Part shown: positions 26,501 through 39,300 of the stretch, piece after piece
Layout of the letters: each line of letters starts with the position of its first letter
Position numbering within the stretch: the stretch's first letter is position 1
Source: the human T2T-CHM13v2.0 reference genome, Homo sapiens
Assembly: GCF_009914755.1 (NCBI RefSeq)
Contig: NC_060933.1
Strand: one strand, 5' to 3'
Length of the DNA stretch: 64,000 nt
Position numbers and translations under genes: made by a program
Notes under the pieces: model-generated
The model's input: the letters and a program-made list of their open reading frames with translations, nothing else
What the model was told of the DNA's origin: nothing
The model's database searches: none

Positions 26501-29500
26501 GGAATCAACTCGATTGCAATCGAATGGAATGGAATGGAATTAACCCGAATAGAATGGAATGGAATGGAATGGAACGGAACGGAATGGAATGGAATGGAAT
26601 GGAACGGAACGGAATGGAATGGAATGGAATGGAATGGAATCAACGCGAGTGCAGGGGAATGGAATGGAATGGAATGCAATGGAATGGAAACTTCCGGAAT
26701 GGAATGGAATGGAATGGAATGGAATGAAATGCAATGGATTCAACTCGATTGCAATGGAATGGAATAGAATGGAATGGAATGGAATGGAATGGAATTAATC
26801 CGAATAGAATGGAATGGAATGGAATGGAACGGAATGGAACGGAATGGAATGGAATGGAATGGAATGGAATGGTATGGAATGGAATGGAATGGTACGGAAT
26901 AGAATGGAATGGAACGAATTGTAATGGAATGGAATTGAATGGAATGGAATGGAATGGAATGGAATCAACGCGAGTGCAGGGGAATGTAATGGAACGGAAT
27001 GCAATGGAATGGAATCATCCGGAATGGAATGGAATGGAATGGAATGGAATGGAATAAACACGAGTGCAATGGAATGGAGTGGAATGGAATGGAATGGAAT
27101 GGAACAACCCGAATGGAATGGAATGTAATGGAGAGTAAGGGAGTTGAATAGAATCAATCCGAATGTAATGGAATGGAATGCAACGGAATGGAATGGAATG
27201 GAATGGAATGGAATGCAATGGAATGGAATCAACCCGAGTACAATGGAATGGAATGGAATGGAATGGAATGGAATGGAATGGAATGGAATGATACGGAATA
27301 GAATGGAATGGAACGAAATGGAATGGAACGGAACGGAATGGAATGGAATGGAATGGAATCGTTCCGAGTGGAATAGGAGGGAATGTATTCGAGTGGAATG
27401 GAAAGGAATGGAATCAACCAGAGTGGAATGGAAGGGAATGGAATGGAATGGAAACTAATAGAATGGAATCAACCCGAGTGGAATAGAATGGAAAGGACTG
27501 GAATGGAATGGAATGGAATGGAATCAACTCGTTTGTAATGGAATGGAATGGAATGGAATGGAATGGAATGGAATTAACCCGAATACAATGGAAGGGAATG
27601 GAATGGAATGGAAACTAATAGAATGGAATCAACCCGAGTGGAATGGAATGGAAAGGACTGGAATGGAATGGAATGCAATGGAATCAACTCGATTGTAATG
27701 GAATGGAATGGAATGGAATGGAATTAACCCGAATACAATGGAATGGAATGCAATGGAATGGAATGGAATGGAGTGGAATGGAATGGAATCAACCCGAATG
27801 CAGGGGAATGGAATGGAATGGAATGCAATGGAATGGAATCATCCGGAATGGAATCGAATGGAATGGAATGCAAAGCAATGGAATCAACTCGATTGCAATG
27901 GAATGGAATGGAATGGAAAGGAATACATTGGAATCAACCCGAGTGGAATGGAATGGAAAGGACTGGAATGGAGTGGAATGGAATGGAATGCAATGGAATG
28001 GAATGGAATGGAATCAACTTGATTGGAATGGAATGGAATGGAATGGAATGGAATGGAATGGAATGGAATCAACCCGACTGCAGGGGAATGGAATGGAATG
28101 GAATGCAATGGAATGGATTCAACTTGAATGGAATGGAAAGAATGGAATCAACACGAGTGGAATGGCATGGATTGGAATGGAATGGAATGGAATCAACCCG
28201 AGTACAGGGGAATGGAATGGAATGGAATGCAATGGAATGGAATCATCCGTATTGGAATGGAAAGGAATGGAATGGAATGGAATGGAATGGAATGGAATGG
28301 AATGGAATGGAATCAACTCGATTGCAATCGAATGGAATCGAATGGAATGGAATCAACTCGATTGCAATCGAATGGAATGGAATGGAATTAACCCGAATAG
28401 AATGGAATGGAATGGAATGGAACGGAACGGAATGGAATGGAATGGAATGGAATGGAACGGAACGGAACGGAATGGAATGGAATGGAATGGAATGGAATCA
28501 ACGCGAGTGCAAGGGAATGGAATGGAATGGAATGCAATGGAATGGAATCTTCCGGAATGGAATGGAATTGAATGGAATGGAAAGGAATGGTATGGAATAA
28601 ACCCGAGTGCAATGGAATGGAGTGGAATGGAATGGAATGGAATGGAACAACCCGAATGGAATGGAATGTAATGGAGACTAAGGGAGTTGAATAGAATCAA
28701 TCCGAATGTAATGGAATGGAATGGAACGGAATGGAATTGAATGGAATGGAATGGAATGCAATGGAATGGAATCAACCCGAGTGCAATGGAATGGAGAGGA
28801 ATGGAATGGAATGGAATGGAAACTACCCGAATGGAATGGAATGTAATGGAGTGTAAGGGAATTGAATACAATCAATCCGAATGTAATGGAATGGAATGGA
28901 ACAGAATGGAATGGAATGGAATGGAATGGAATGGAATGGAATGGAATGCAATGGAATGGAATCAACCCGAGTGCAATCGAATGGAATCGAATGGAATGGA
29001 ATGCAATGGAATGGATTCAACTTGAATGGAATGGAAAGAATGGAATCAACACGAGTGGAATGGCATGGATTGGAATGGAATGGAATGGAATCAACCCGAG
29101 TACAGGGGAATGGAATGGAATGGAATGCAATGGAATGGAATCATCCATAATGGAATGGAAAGGAATGCAATGGAATGGAATGGAATGGAATGGAATGGAA
29201 TCAACTCGATTGCAATCGAATGGAATGGAATGGAAGTAACCCGAATAGAATGGAATGGAATGGAATGGAACGGAACGGAATGGAATGGAATGGAATGGAA
29301 CGGAACGGAATGGAATGGAATGGAATGGAATGGAATCAACGCGAGTGCAGGGGAATGGAATGGAATGGAATGCAATGGAATGGAAACTTTCGGAATGGAA
29401 TGGAATGGAATGGAATGGAATCAAATGCAATGGATTCAACTCGATTGCAATGGAATGGAATAGAATGGAATGGAATGGAATGGAATGGAATTAATCCGAA

Positions 29501-30343
29501 TAGAATGGAATGGAATGGAATGGAACGGAATGGAACGGAATGGAATGGAATGGAATGGAATGGAATGGAATGGTATGGAATGGAATGGAATGGTACGGAA
29601 TAGAATGGAATGGAACGAATTGTAATGGAATGGAATTGAATTGAATGGAATGGAATGGAATGGAATGGAATCAACGCGAGTGCAGGGGAATGTAATGGAA
29701 CGGAATGCAATGGAATGGAATCATCCGGAATGGAATGGAATGGAATGGAATCAACACGAGTGCAATGGAATGGAGTTGAATGGAATGGAATGGAATGGAA
29801 CAACCCGAATGGAATGGAATGTAATGGAGAGTAAGGGAGTTGAATAGAATCAATCCGAATGTAATGGAATGGAATGCAACGGAATGGAATGGAATGGAAT
29901 GGAATGGAATGCAATGGAATGGAATCAACCCGAGTACAATGGAATGGAATGGAATGGAATGGAATGGAATGGAATGGAATGATACGGAATAGAATGCAAT
30001 GGAACGAAATGGAATGGAATGGAATGGAATGGAATGGAATGGAATGGAATGGAATGGAATGGAATCGTTCCGAGTGGAATAGGAGGGAATGTATTCGAGT
30101 GGAATGGAAAGGAATGGAATCAACCAGAGTGGAATGGAAGGGAATGGAATGGAAACTAATAGAATGGAATCAACCCGAGTGGAATAGAATGGAAAGGACT
30201 GGAATGGAATGGAATGGAATGGAATCAACTCGTTTGTAATGGAATGGAATGGAAAGGAATGGAATGGAATGGAATGGAATTAACCCGAATACAATGGAAG
30301 GGAATGGAATGGAATGGAAACTAATAGAATGGAATCAACCCGA
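20581..30343 (+). repeat. ~9.75-kb tandem duplication, copy 2
   Basis: Near-identical to 10820-20580. It ends at the GAAACTAATAGAATGGAATCAACCCGA motif, where 30341 reads CGAGT and 20605/10854 read CGATT. Confidence 0.95.
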
Positions 30344-33300
30344 GTGGAATGGAATGGAAAGGACTGGAATGGAATGGAATGGAATGGAATCAACTCGATT
30401 GTAATGGAATGGAATGGAATGGAATGGAATGGAATGGAATGGAATTAACCCGAATACAATGGAATGGAATGGAATGGAATGGAATGGAGTGGGATGGAAT
30501 GGAATCAACCCGAGTGCAGGGGAATGGAATGGAATGGAATGCAATGGAATGGAATCATCCGGAATGGAATGGAATGGAATGGAATGCAAAGCAATGGAAT
30601 CAACTCGATTGCAATGGAATGGAATGGAATGGAAAGGAATAGAATGGAATCAACCCGAGTGTAATGGAATGGAAAGGACTGGAATGGAGTGGAATGGAAT
30701 AGAATGGAATGGAATGGAATCAACTCGATTGTAATGGAATGGAATGGAATGGAATGGAATGGAATTAACCCGAATAGAATGGAATGGAATGGAATGGAAC
30801 GGAATGGAATGGAATGGAATGGAATGGAATGGAATGGAATGAACCCGTGTGCAATGGAATGGAATGGAATGGAATGGAATGGATTCAACTCGAATGGAAT
30901 CAACTCGATTGCAATGGAATGGAATGGAATTGAAAGGAATAGAATGGAATCAACCCGAGTGCAATGGAATGGAAAGGACTGGAATGGAGTGGAATGGAAT
31001 GGAATGGAATTAACCCGAATAGAATGAAATGGAACGGAATGGAATGGAATGTAATGGAATGGAATGGAATGCAATCAACCCGAGTGCAGGGGAATGGAAT
31101 GGAATGGAATGCAATGGAATGGAATCATCCGGAATGGAATGGAATGGAATGGAATGGAATGGAATGGAATCAACTCGATTTCAATGGAAATGGAATGGAA
31201 TAGAATGGAATGGAATTAACACGAATAGAATGGAATGGAATGGAATTGAATGGAACAGAAAGGAATGGAATGGAATGGAATGGAATCAACCCAAGTGCAG
31301 GGGAATGGAATGGAATGGAATTCAATGGAATGGAATCATCCGGAATGGAATGGAATGGAATGGAATGGAATGGAATGCAATGGAATGGAATCAACCCGAG
31401 TGCAATGGAATGGAGAGGAATGGAATGGAATGGAATGGAAACTACACGAATCGAATGGAATGTAATGGAGTGTAAGGGAATTGAATAGAATAAATCCGAA
31501 TGGAATGGAATGGAAAGGAATGGAATGGAATGGAATGGAATGGAATGGAATGCAATGCCATGGAATCAACCCGAGTGCAATCGAATGGAATCGAATGGAA
31601 TGGAATGTAATGGAATGGATTCAACTTGAATGGAATGGAAAGAATGGAATCAACACGAGTGGAATGGCATGGATTGGAATGGAATGGAATGGAATCAACC
31701 CGAGTACAGGGGAATGGAATGGAATGGAATGAAATGGAATGGAATCATCCGTAATGTAATGGAAAGGAATGGAATGGAATGGAATGGAATCAACTCTATT
31801 GCAATCGAATGGAATGGAATGGAATTAACCCGAATAGAATGGAATGGAATGGAATGGAATGGAACGGAACGGAACGGAACGGAACGGAATGGAATGGAAT
31901 GGAATGGAATGGAATGGAATGCAATGGAATCAACTGATTGCAATGGAATGGAATGGAATGGAATGGAATGGAATGGAATGGAATGGAATGGAATTAACCC
32001 GAATAGAATGGAATGGAATTAAATGGAACGGAACGGAATGGAATGGAATGGAATGGAATGGAATGGAATGGAATGGAATCAACCCGACTGCAGGGGAATG
32101 GAATGGAATGGATTGCAATGGAATGGATTCAACTTGAATGGAATGGAAAGAATGGAATCAACACGAGTGGAATGGCATGGATTGGAATGGAATGGAATGG
32201 AATCAACCCGAGTACAGGGGAATGGAATGGAATGGAATGCAATGGAATGGAATCATCCGTAATGTAATGGAAAGGAATGGAATGGAATGGAAAGGAATGC
32301 AATGGAATGGAATGGAATTGAATGGAATCAACTCGATTGCAATCGAATGGAATGGAATGGAATTAACCCGAATAGAATGGAATGGAATGGAATGGAACGG
32401 AACGGAATGGAATGGAATGGAATGGAATGGAACGGAAAGGAAGGGAATGGAATGGAATAGAATGGAATGGAATAGAATCAACGCGAGTGCAGGGGAATGG
32501 AATGGAATGGAATGCAATGGAATGGAATCTTCCGGAATGGAATGGAATGGAATGGAATGGAATGGAATCAACCAGAGTGCAATGGAATGGAGTGGAATGG
32601 AATGGAATGGAATGGAACAACACGAATGGAATGGAATGTAATGGAGAGTAAGGGAGTTGAATAGAATCAATCCGAATGTAATGGAATGGAATGGAACGGA
32701 ATGGAATTGAATGGAATGGAATGGAATGCAATGGAATGGAATCAACCCGAGTGCAATGGAATGGAGAGGAATGGAATGGAATGGAATGGAAACTACCTGA
32801 ATGGAATGGAATGTAATGGAGTGTAAGGGAAATGAATAGAACCAATCCGAATGTAATGGAATGGAATGGAACGGAATGGAATGGAATGGAATGGAATGGA
32901 ATGGAATGGAATGCAATGGAATGGAATCAACCCGAGTGCAATCGAATGGAATCGAATGGAATGGAATGCAATGGAATGGAATCAACTTGAATGGAATGGA
33001 AAGAATGGAATCAACACGAGTGGAATGGCATGGATTGGAATGGAATGGAATGGAATCAACCCGAGTACAGGGGAATGGAATGGAATGGAATGCAATGCAA
33101 TGGAATCATCCGTAATGGAATGGAAAGGAATGGAATGGAATGGAATGGAATGGAATGGAATGGAATCAACTCGATTGCAATCGAATGGAATGGAATGGAA
33201 TTAACCCGAATAGAATGGAATGGAATGGAATGGAATGGAATGGAACAGAACGGAATGGAATGGAATGGAATGGAACGGAACGGAATGGAATGGAATGGAA

Positions 33301-36300
33301 TGGAATGGAATGGAATCAACGCGAGTGCAGGGGAATGGAATGGAATGGAATGCAATGGAATGGAAACTTCCGGAATGGAATGGAATGGAATGGAATGGAA
33401 TGAAATGCAATGGATTCAACTCGATTGCAATGGAATGGAATTGAATGGAATGAAATGGAATGGAATGCAATTAATCCGAATAGAATGGAATGGAATGGAA
33501 TGGAACGGAATGGAACGGAATGGAATGGAATGGAATGGAATGGTATGGAATGGAATGGAATGGTACGGAATAGAATGGAATGCAACGAATTGTAATGGAA
33601 TGGAATTGAATGGAATGGAATGGAATGGAATGGAATCAACGCAAGTGCAGGGGAATGTAATGGAACGGAATGCAATGGAATGGAATCATCCGGAATGGAA
33701 TGGAATGGAACGGAATGGAATGCAATAAACCCGAGTGCAATGGAATGGAGTGGAATGGAATGGAATGGAATGGAACAACCCGAATGGAATGGAATGTAAT
33801 GGAGAGTAAGGGAGTTGAATAGAATCAATCCGAATGTAATGGAATGGAATGCAACGGAATGGAATGGAATGGAATGGAATGGAATGCAATGGAATGGAAT
33901 CATCCGGAATGGAATGGAATGGAATGGAATGCAAAGCAATGGAATCAACTCGATTGCAATGGAATGGAATGGATTGGAAAGGAATAGAATGGAATCAACC
34001 CGAGTGTAATGGAATGGAAAGGACTGGAATGGAGTGGAATGGAATAGAATGGAATGGAATGGAATCAACTCGATTGTAATGGAATGGAATGGAATGGAAT
34101 GGAATGGAATTAACCCGAATAGAATGGAATGGAATGGAATGGAACGGAATGGAATGCAATAAACCCGAGTGCAATGGAATGGAGTGGAATGGAATGGAAT
34201 GGAATGGAACAACCCGAATGGAATGGAATGTAATGGAGAGTAAGGGAGTTGAATAGAATCAATCCGAATGTAATGGAATGGAATGCAACGGAATGGAATG
34301 GAATGGAATGGAATGGAATGGAATGCAATGGAATGGAATCAACCCGAGTACAATGGAATGGAATGGAATGGAATGGAATGGAATGGAATGGAATGGAATG
34401 GAATGATACGGAATAGAATGGAATGGAAGGAAATGGAATGGAATGGAAAGGAATGGAATGGAATGGAATGGAATCGTTCCGAGTGGAATAGGAGGGAATG
34501 TATTCGAGTGGAATGGAAAGGAATGGAATCAACCAGAGTGGAATGGAAGGGAATGGAATGGAATGGAAACTAATAGAATGGAATCAACCCGAGTGGCATG
34601 GAATGGAAAGGACTGGAATGGAATGGAATGGAATGGAATCAACTCGTTTGTAATGGAATGGAATGGAATGGAATGGAATGGAATTAACCCGAATACAATG
34701 GAAGGGAATGGAATGGAATGGAAACTAATAGAATGGAATCAACCCGAGTGGAATGCAATGGAAAGGACTGGAATGGAATGGAATGGAATGGAATGGAATG
34801 GAATCAACTCGATTGTAATGGAATGGAATGGAATGGAATGGAATTAACCCGAATACAATGGAATGGAATGGAATGGAATGGAATGGAATGGAGTGGAATG
34901 GAATGGAATCAACCCGACTGCAGGGGAATGGAATGGAATGGAATGCAATGGAATGGAATCATCCGGAATGGAATCGAATGGAATGGAATGCAAAGCAATG
35001 GAATCAACTCGATTGCAATGGAATGGAATGGAATGGAAAGGAATACATTGGAATCAACCCGAGTGGAATGGAATGGAAAGGACTGGAATGGAGTGGAATG
35101 GAATGGAATGCAATGGAATGGAATGGAATGGAATCAACTTGATTGGAATGGAATGGAATGGAATGGAATGGAATGGAATGGAATGGAATGGAATCAACCC
35201 GACTGCAGGGGAATGGAATGGAATGGAATGCAATGGAATGGATTCAACTTGAATGGAATGGAAAGAATGGAATAAACACGAGTGGAATGGAATGGATTGG
35301 AATGGAATGGAATGGAATCAACCCGAGTACAGGGGAATGGAATGGAATGGAATGCAATGGAATGGAATCATCCGTATTGGAATGGAAAGGAATGGAATGG
35401 AATGGAATGGAATGGAATGGAATGGAATGGAATCAACTCGATTGCAATCGAATGGAATGGAATGGAATTAACCCGAATAGAATGGAATGGAATGGAATGG
35501 AACGGAACGGAATGGAATGGAATGGAATGGAATGGAACGGAACGGAACGGAATGGAATGGAATGGAACGGAATGGAATCAACGCGAGTGCAAGGGAATGG
35601 AATGGAATGGAATGCATTGGAATGGAATCTTCCGGAATGGAATGCAATTGAATGGAATGGAAAGGAATGGTATGGAATAAACCCGAGTGCAATCGAATGG
35701 AATCGAATGGAATGGAATGCAAAGGAATGGATTCAACTTGAATGGAATGGAAAGAATGGAATCAACACGAGTGGAATGGCATGGATTGGAATGGAATGGA
35801 ATGGAATCAACCCCAGTACAGGGGAATGGAATGGAATGGAATGCAATGGAATGGAATCATCCGTAATGGAATGGAAAGGAATGGAATGGAATGGAATGGA
35901 ATGGAATGGAATGGAATGGAATGGAATCAACTCGATTGCAATCGAATGGAAAGGAATGGAAATAACCCGAATAGAATGGAATGGAACGGAACGGAACGGT
36001 ACGGAATGGAATGGAATGGAATGGAAAGGAATGGAATGGAATGGAATGGAATGGAATGGAATGGAATGGAATGGAATCAACGCGAGTGCAGGGGAATGGA
36101 ATGGAATGGAATGCAATGGAATGGAATCTTCCGGAATGGAATAGAATGGAATGGAATGGAATGGAATGGAATCAACCCGAGTGCAATGGAAAGGAGTGGA
36201 ATGGAATGGAATGGAATGGAACAACCCGAATGGAATGGAATGTAATGGAGATTAAGGGAGTTGAATAGAATCAATCTGAATGTAATGGAATGGAATGGAA

Positions 36301-39300
36301 CGGAATGGAATTGAATGGAATGGAATGGAATGCAATGGAATGGAATCAACCCGAGTGCAATGGAATGGAGAGGAATGGAATGGAATGGAATGGAACAACC
36401 CGAATGGAATGGAATGTAATGGAGATTAAGGGAATTGAATAGAATCAATCCGAATGTAATGGAATGGAATGGAACGGAATGGAATGGAATGGAATGGAAT
36501 GGAATGGAATCAACCCGAGTGCAATCGAATGGAATCGAATGGAATGCAATGCAATGGAATGGATTCAACTTGAATGGAATGGAAAGAATGGAATCAACAC
36601 GAGTGGAATGGCATGGATTGGAATGGAATGGAATGGAATCAACCCGAGTACAGGGGAATGGAATGGAATGGAATGCAATGGAATGGAATCATCCGTAATG
36701 GAATGGAAAGGAATGGAATGGAATGGAATGGAATGGAATGGAATGGAATGGAATCAACTCGATTGCAATCGAATGGAATGGAATGGAATTAACCCAAATA
36801 GAATGGAATGGAATGGAATGGAACGGAACGGAATGGAATGGAATGGAATGGAATGGAATGGAACGGAACGGAACGGAACGGAATGGAATGGAATGGAATG
36901 GAATGGAAAGGAATCAACGCGAGTGCAGGGGAATGGAATGGAATGGAATGCAATGGAATGGAATCTTCCGGAATGGAATGGAATGGAATGGAATGGAATG
37001 GAATCAACCCGAGTGCAATGGAATGGAGTGGAATGGAATGGAATGGAATGGAACAACCCGAACTGAATGGAATGTAATGGAGAGTAAGGGAGTTGAATAG
37101 AATCAATCCGAATGTAATGGAATGGAATGGAACGGAATGGAATTGAATGGAATGGAATGGAATGCATGGAATGGAATCAACCCGAGTTCAACGGAATGGA
37201 GAGGAATGGAATGGAATGGAATGGAAACTACCCGAATGGAATGGAATGGAATGGAGTGTAAGGGAATTGAATAGAATCAATCCGAATGTAATGGAATAGA
37301 ATGGAACGGAATGGAATGGAATGGAATGGAATGGAATGGAATGGAATGCAATGGAATGGAATCAACCCGAGTGCAATCGAATGGAATCGAATGGAATGGA
37401 ATGCAATGGAATGGATTCAACTTGAATGGAATGGAAAGAATGGAATCAACACGAGTGGAATGGCATGGATTGGAATGGAATGGAATGGAATCAACCCGAG
37501 TACAGGGGAATGGAATGGAATGGAATGCAATGGAATGGAATCATCCGTAATGGAATGGAAAGGAATGGAATGGAATGGAATGGAATGGAATGGAATCAAC
37601 TCGATTGCAATCGAATGGAATGGAATGGAATTAACCCGAATAGAATGGAATGGAATGGAATGGAAAGGAACGGAATGGAATGGAATGGAATGGAATGGAA
37701 TGGAACGGAAAGGAAGGGAATGGAATGGAATAGAATGGAATGGAATGGAATCAACGCGAGTGCAGGGGAATGGAATGGAATGGAATGCAATGGAATGGAA
37801 TCTTCCGGAATGGAATGGAATGGAATGGAATGGAATGGAATGGAATGGAATGGAATCAACCCTAGTGCAATGGAATGGAGTGGAATAGAATGGAATGGAA
37901 TGGAACAACCCGAATGGAATGGAATGTAATGGAGAGTAAGGGAGTTGAATAGAATCAATCCGAATGTAATGGAATGGAATGCAACGGAATGGAATGGAAT
38001 GGAATGGAAAGGAATGCAATGGAATGGAATCAACCCGAGTGCAATGGAATGGAGAGGAATGGCATGGAATGGAATGGAAACTACCCGAATGGAATGGAAT
38101 GTAATGGAGTGTAAGGGAATTGAATAGAATCAATCCGAATTTAATGGAATGGAATGGAACGGAATGGAATGGAATGGAATGGAATGGAATGGAATGCAAT
38201 GGAATGGAATCAACCCGAGTGCAATCGAATGGAATCGAATGGAATGGAATGCAATGGAATGGATTCAACTTGAATGGAATGGAAAGAATGGAATCAACAC
38301 GAGTGGAATGGCATGGATTGGAATGGAATGGAATGGAATCAACCCGAGTACAGGGGAATGGAATGGAATGGAATGCAATGGAATGGAATCATCCGTAATG
38401 GAATGGAAAGGAATGGAATGGAGTGGAATGGAATGGAATGGAATGGAATCAACTCGATTGCAATCGAATGGAATGGAATGGAATTAACCTGAATAGAATG
38501 GAATGGAATGGAATGGAACGGAACGGAATGGAATGGAATGGAATGGAACGGAACGGAACGGAATGGAATGGAATGGAATGGAATCAACGCGAGTGCAGGG
38601 GAATGGAATGGAATGGAATGCAATGGAATGGAAACTTCCGGAATGGAATGGAATGGAATGGAATGGAATGAAATGCAATGGATTCAACTCGATTGCAATG
38701 GAATGGAATAGAATGGAATGGAATGGAATGGAATGGAATTAATCCGAATAGAATGGAATGGAATGGAATGGAACGGAATGGAACGGAACGGAATGGAATG
38801 GAATGGAATGGAATGGAATGGAATGGTATGGAATGGAATGGAATGGTACGGAATAGAATGGAATGGAACGAATTGTAATGGAATGGAATTGAATGGAATG
38901 GAATGGAATGGAATGGAATGGAATCAACGCGAGTGCAGGGGAATGTAATGGAACGGAATGCAATGGAATGGAATCATCCGGAATGGAATGGAATGGAATG
39001 GAATGGAATGGAATGGAATGGAATCAACCCGAGTGCAATGGAATGGAGTGGAATGGAATGGAATGGAATGGAACAACCCGAATGGAATGGAATGTAATGG
39101 AGAGTAAGGGAGTTGAATAGAATCAATCCGAATGTAATGGAATGGAATGCAACGGAATGGAATGGAATGGAATGGAATGGAATGCAATGGAATGGAATCA
39201 ACCCGAGTACAATGGAATGGAATGGAATGGAATGGAATGGAATGGAATGGAATGGAATGATACGGAATAGAATGGAATGGAACGAAATGGAATGGAATGG

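Noticed and set aside
10820-30343. 9.75-kb unit as a dimer of the 4.97-kb unit (a single regular HOR for the window)
   Set aside because: The private variants of the 4.97-kb unit are absent from it, its two halves are not copies of each other, and each duplication has only two near-identical copies.
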